From NCBI GenBank assembly GCA_030141605.1, contig JAQGDQ010000526.1, forward strand, positions 19,532 to 83,531: DNA of 64,000 nt. The letters run 5' to 3'. Positions 63,206 to 64,000 of this stretch are shown here, one piece after another; positions within the stretch are counted from its first letter, which is position 1, and each line of letters begins with the position of its first letter. Below the pieces are notes generated by a model. The model worked only from the letters and a program-made list of their open reading frames with translations, was not told where the DNA came from and made no database searches. This DNA comes from Tubiluchus corallicola. Its lineage: Eukaryota; Animalia; Priapulida. The translations under genes and the position numbers were made by a program.

Positions 63206-63609
63206 TAACCTTTTCACAGTTTCGTTGTGCGCACGCGCAGTTGCTGAATGTCAAAGGTTAGATGTACCCCAGGAACACGTCTTAGCTGCAACTGTCACCT
63301 GCATGTGTGTAAAACAAAGCCATCTGCCGCATCAGTTCAGTAACTTTAGATGTCTTACGTGGGCTTTACTTAATTGCGCATTAGTCTGTGTAGAGTGTAA
63401 TGTGTAGAGAGGTTTACTAGCAGGATCTTGCTTGGGAACAAGAAAAACTGAACTAGGTAAGGTTCTAGCTAGCTGTTAAAACTGTAACTATTACAACAGC
63501 ATGGGCTGGCTGCGAGGCGTTGTCAAGTGTACAAAAATGCGCTGTCTGATATGCTTAACCTTTGACCTTTCCACGATCATGATCAATCGTGGAACTATGA
63601 AAAGGCTTA
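63206..63609 (-). mobile_element. Harbinger-like MITE family C
   Basis: Reverse complement of 30463-30838; ends ccttttcacagtt / aactatgaaaaggc|tta. Confidence 0.72.
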
Positions 63610-63827
63610 TTTTTTCGTTTAACGATAACTGACCAACGTGCGCCTTGCGCTGCTGCAATTCGTAAATTAAACATTTGCCATGGCAACCCAAAGATGGCAG
63701 CAATGCCAGCAAAAATGAAACCACCATCGTTTGTTTCAACAACTAAGCCCCAAGTAATGCAGATATAGGAAATAAAATAAGCACCTTATTACAGACGTGG
63801 TTCCAATTGATTTCGAATGCCAATAAC

Positions 63828-63861
63828 ATCAACAATAGCAACAACGACAACAACGACAACG

Positions 63862-63922
<61 letters not shown>

Positions 63923-63975
63923 CAACAACAACAACAACAAAAACAACAACAACAACAACAGGAACAGGAACAGCG
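63828..63975. repeat. Compound (CAG/CAA)n microsatellite (intronic)
   Basis: Direct read. Confidence 0.95.
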
Positions 63976-64000
63976 GCAGGGGCGATGGCGACATTTATTT

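Overview
AT-rich, repeat-rich, intron-containing animal (probably invertebrate) nuclear DNA; nothing indicates a prokaryotic or viral origin. All gene and repeat calls come from manual reading, with no database search. Left to right: (i) a probable terminal coding exon of an upstream + strand gene (59-152); (ii) a head-to-head pair of RNA-metabolism genes with intron-free CDSs, CWF19L1 (2630-4231, -) and TRIP4/ASC-1 (9512-11050, +), each with an apparent 5'UTR intron and with MITEs in the shared upstream region; (iii) an 8-coding-exon MGAT2 (GlcNAc-transferase II, 17039-34777, +, 468 aa by my splice model); (iv) a TE-rich intergenic stretch with RTE/L2 LINE relics and X-box-rich repeats; (v) the first 10 coding exons (Venus flytrap domain to TM1) of a GABA-B-receptor-like class C GPCR (49234 to >63106, +) that lacks several canonical GABA-contact residues. 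There are also many non-autonomous DNA transposons (hAT, Kolobok-like, Harbinger-like, Tc1/pogo-like), tRNA- and 5S-derived SINE relics, LINE fragments and microsatellites. Most short ORFs in the supplied track are noise. No clearly new biological system is demonstrated. The best leads are the intronless divergent gene pair with CDS-derived duplications at both stop codons, the ligand-pocket-diverged GABA-B-like receptor, a minisatellite made of 5' splice-site motifs at the last MGAT2 acceptor, and a uORF whose stop overlaps the MGAT2 ATG.
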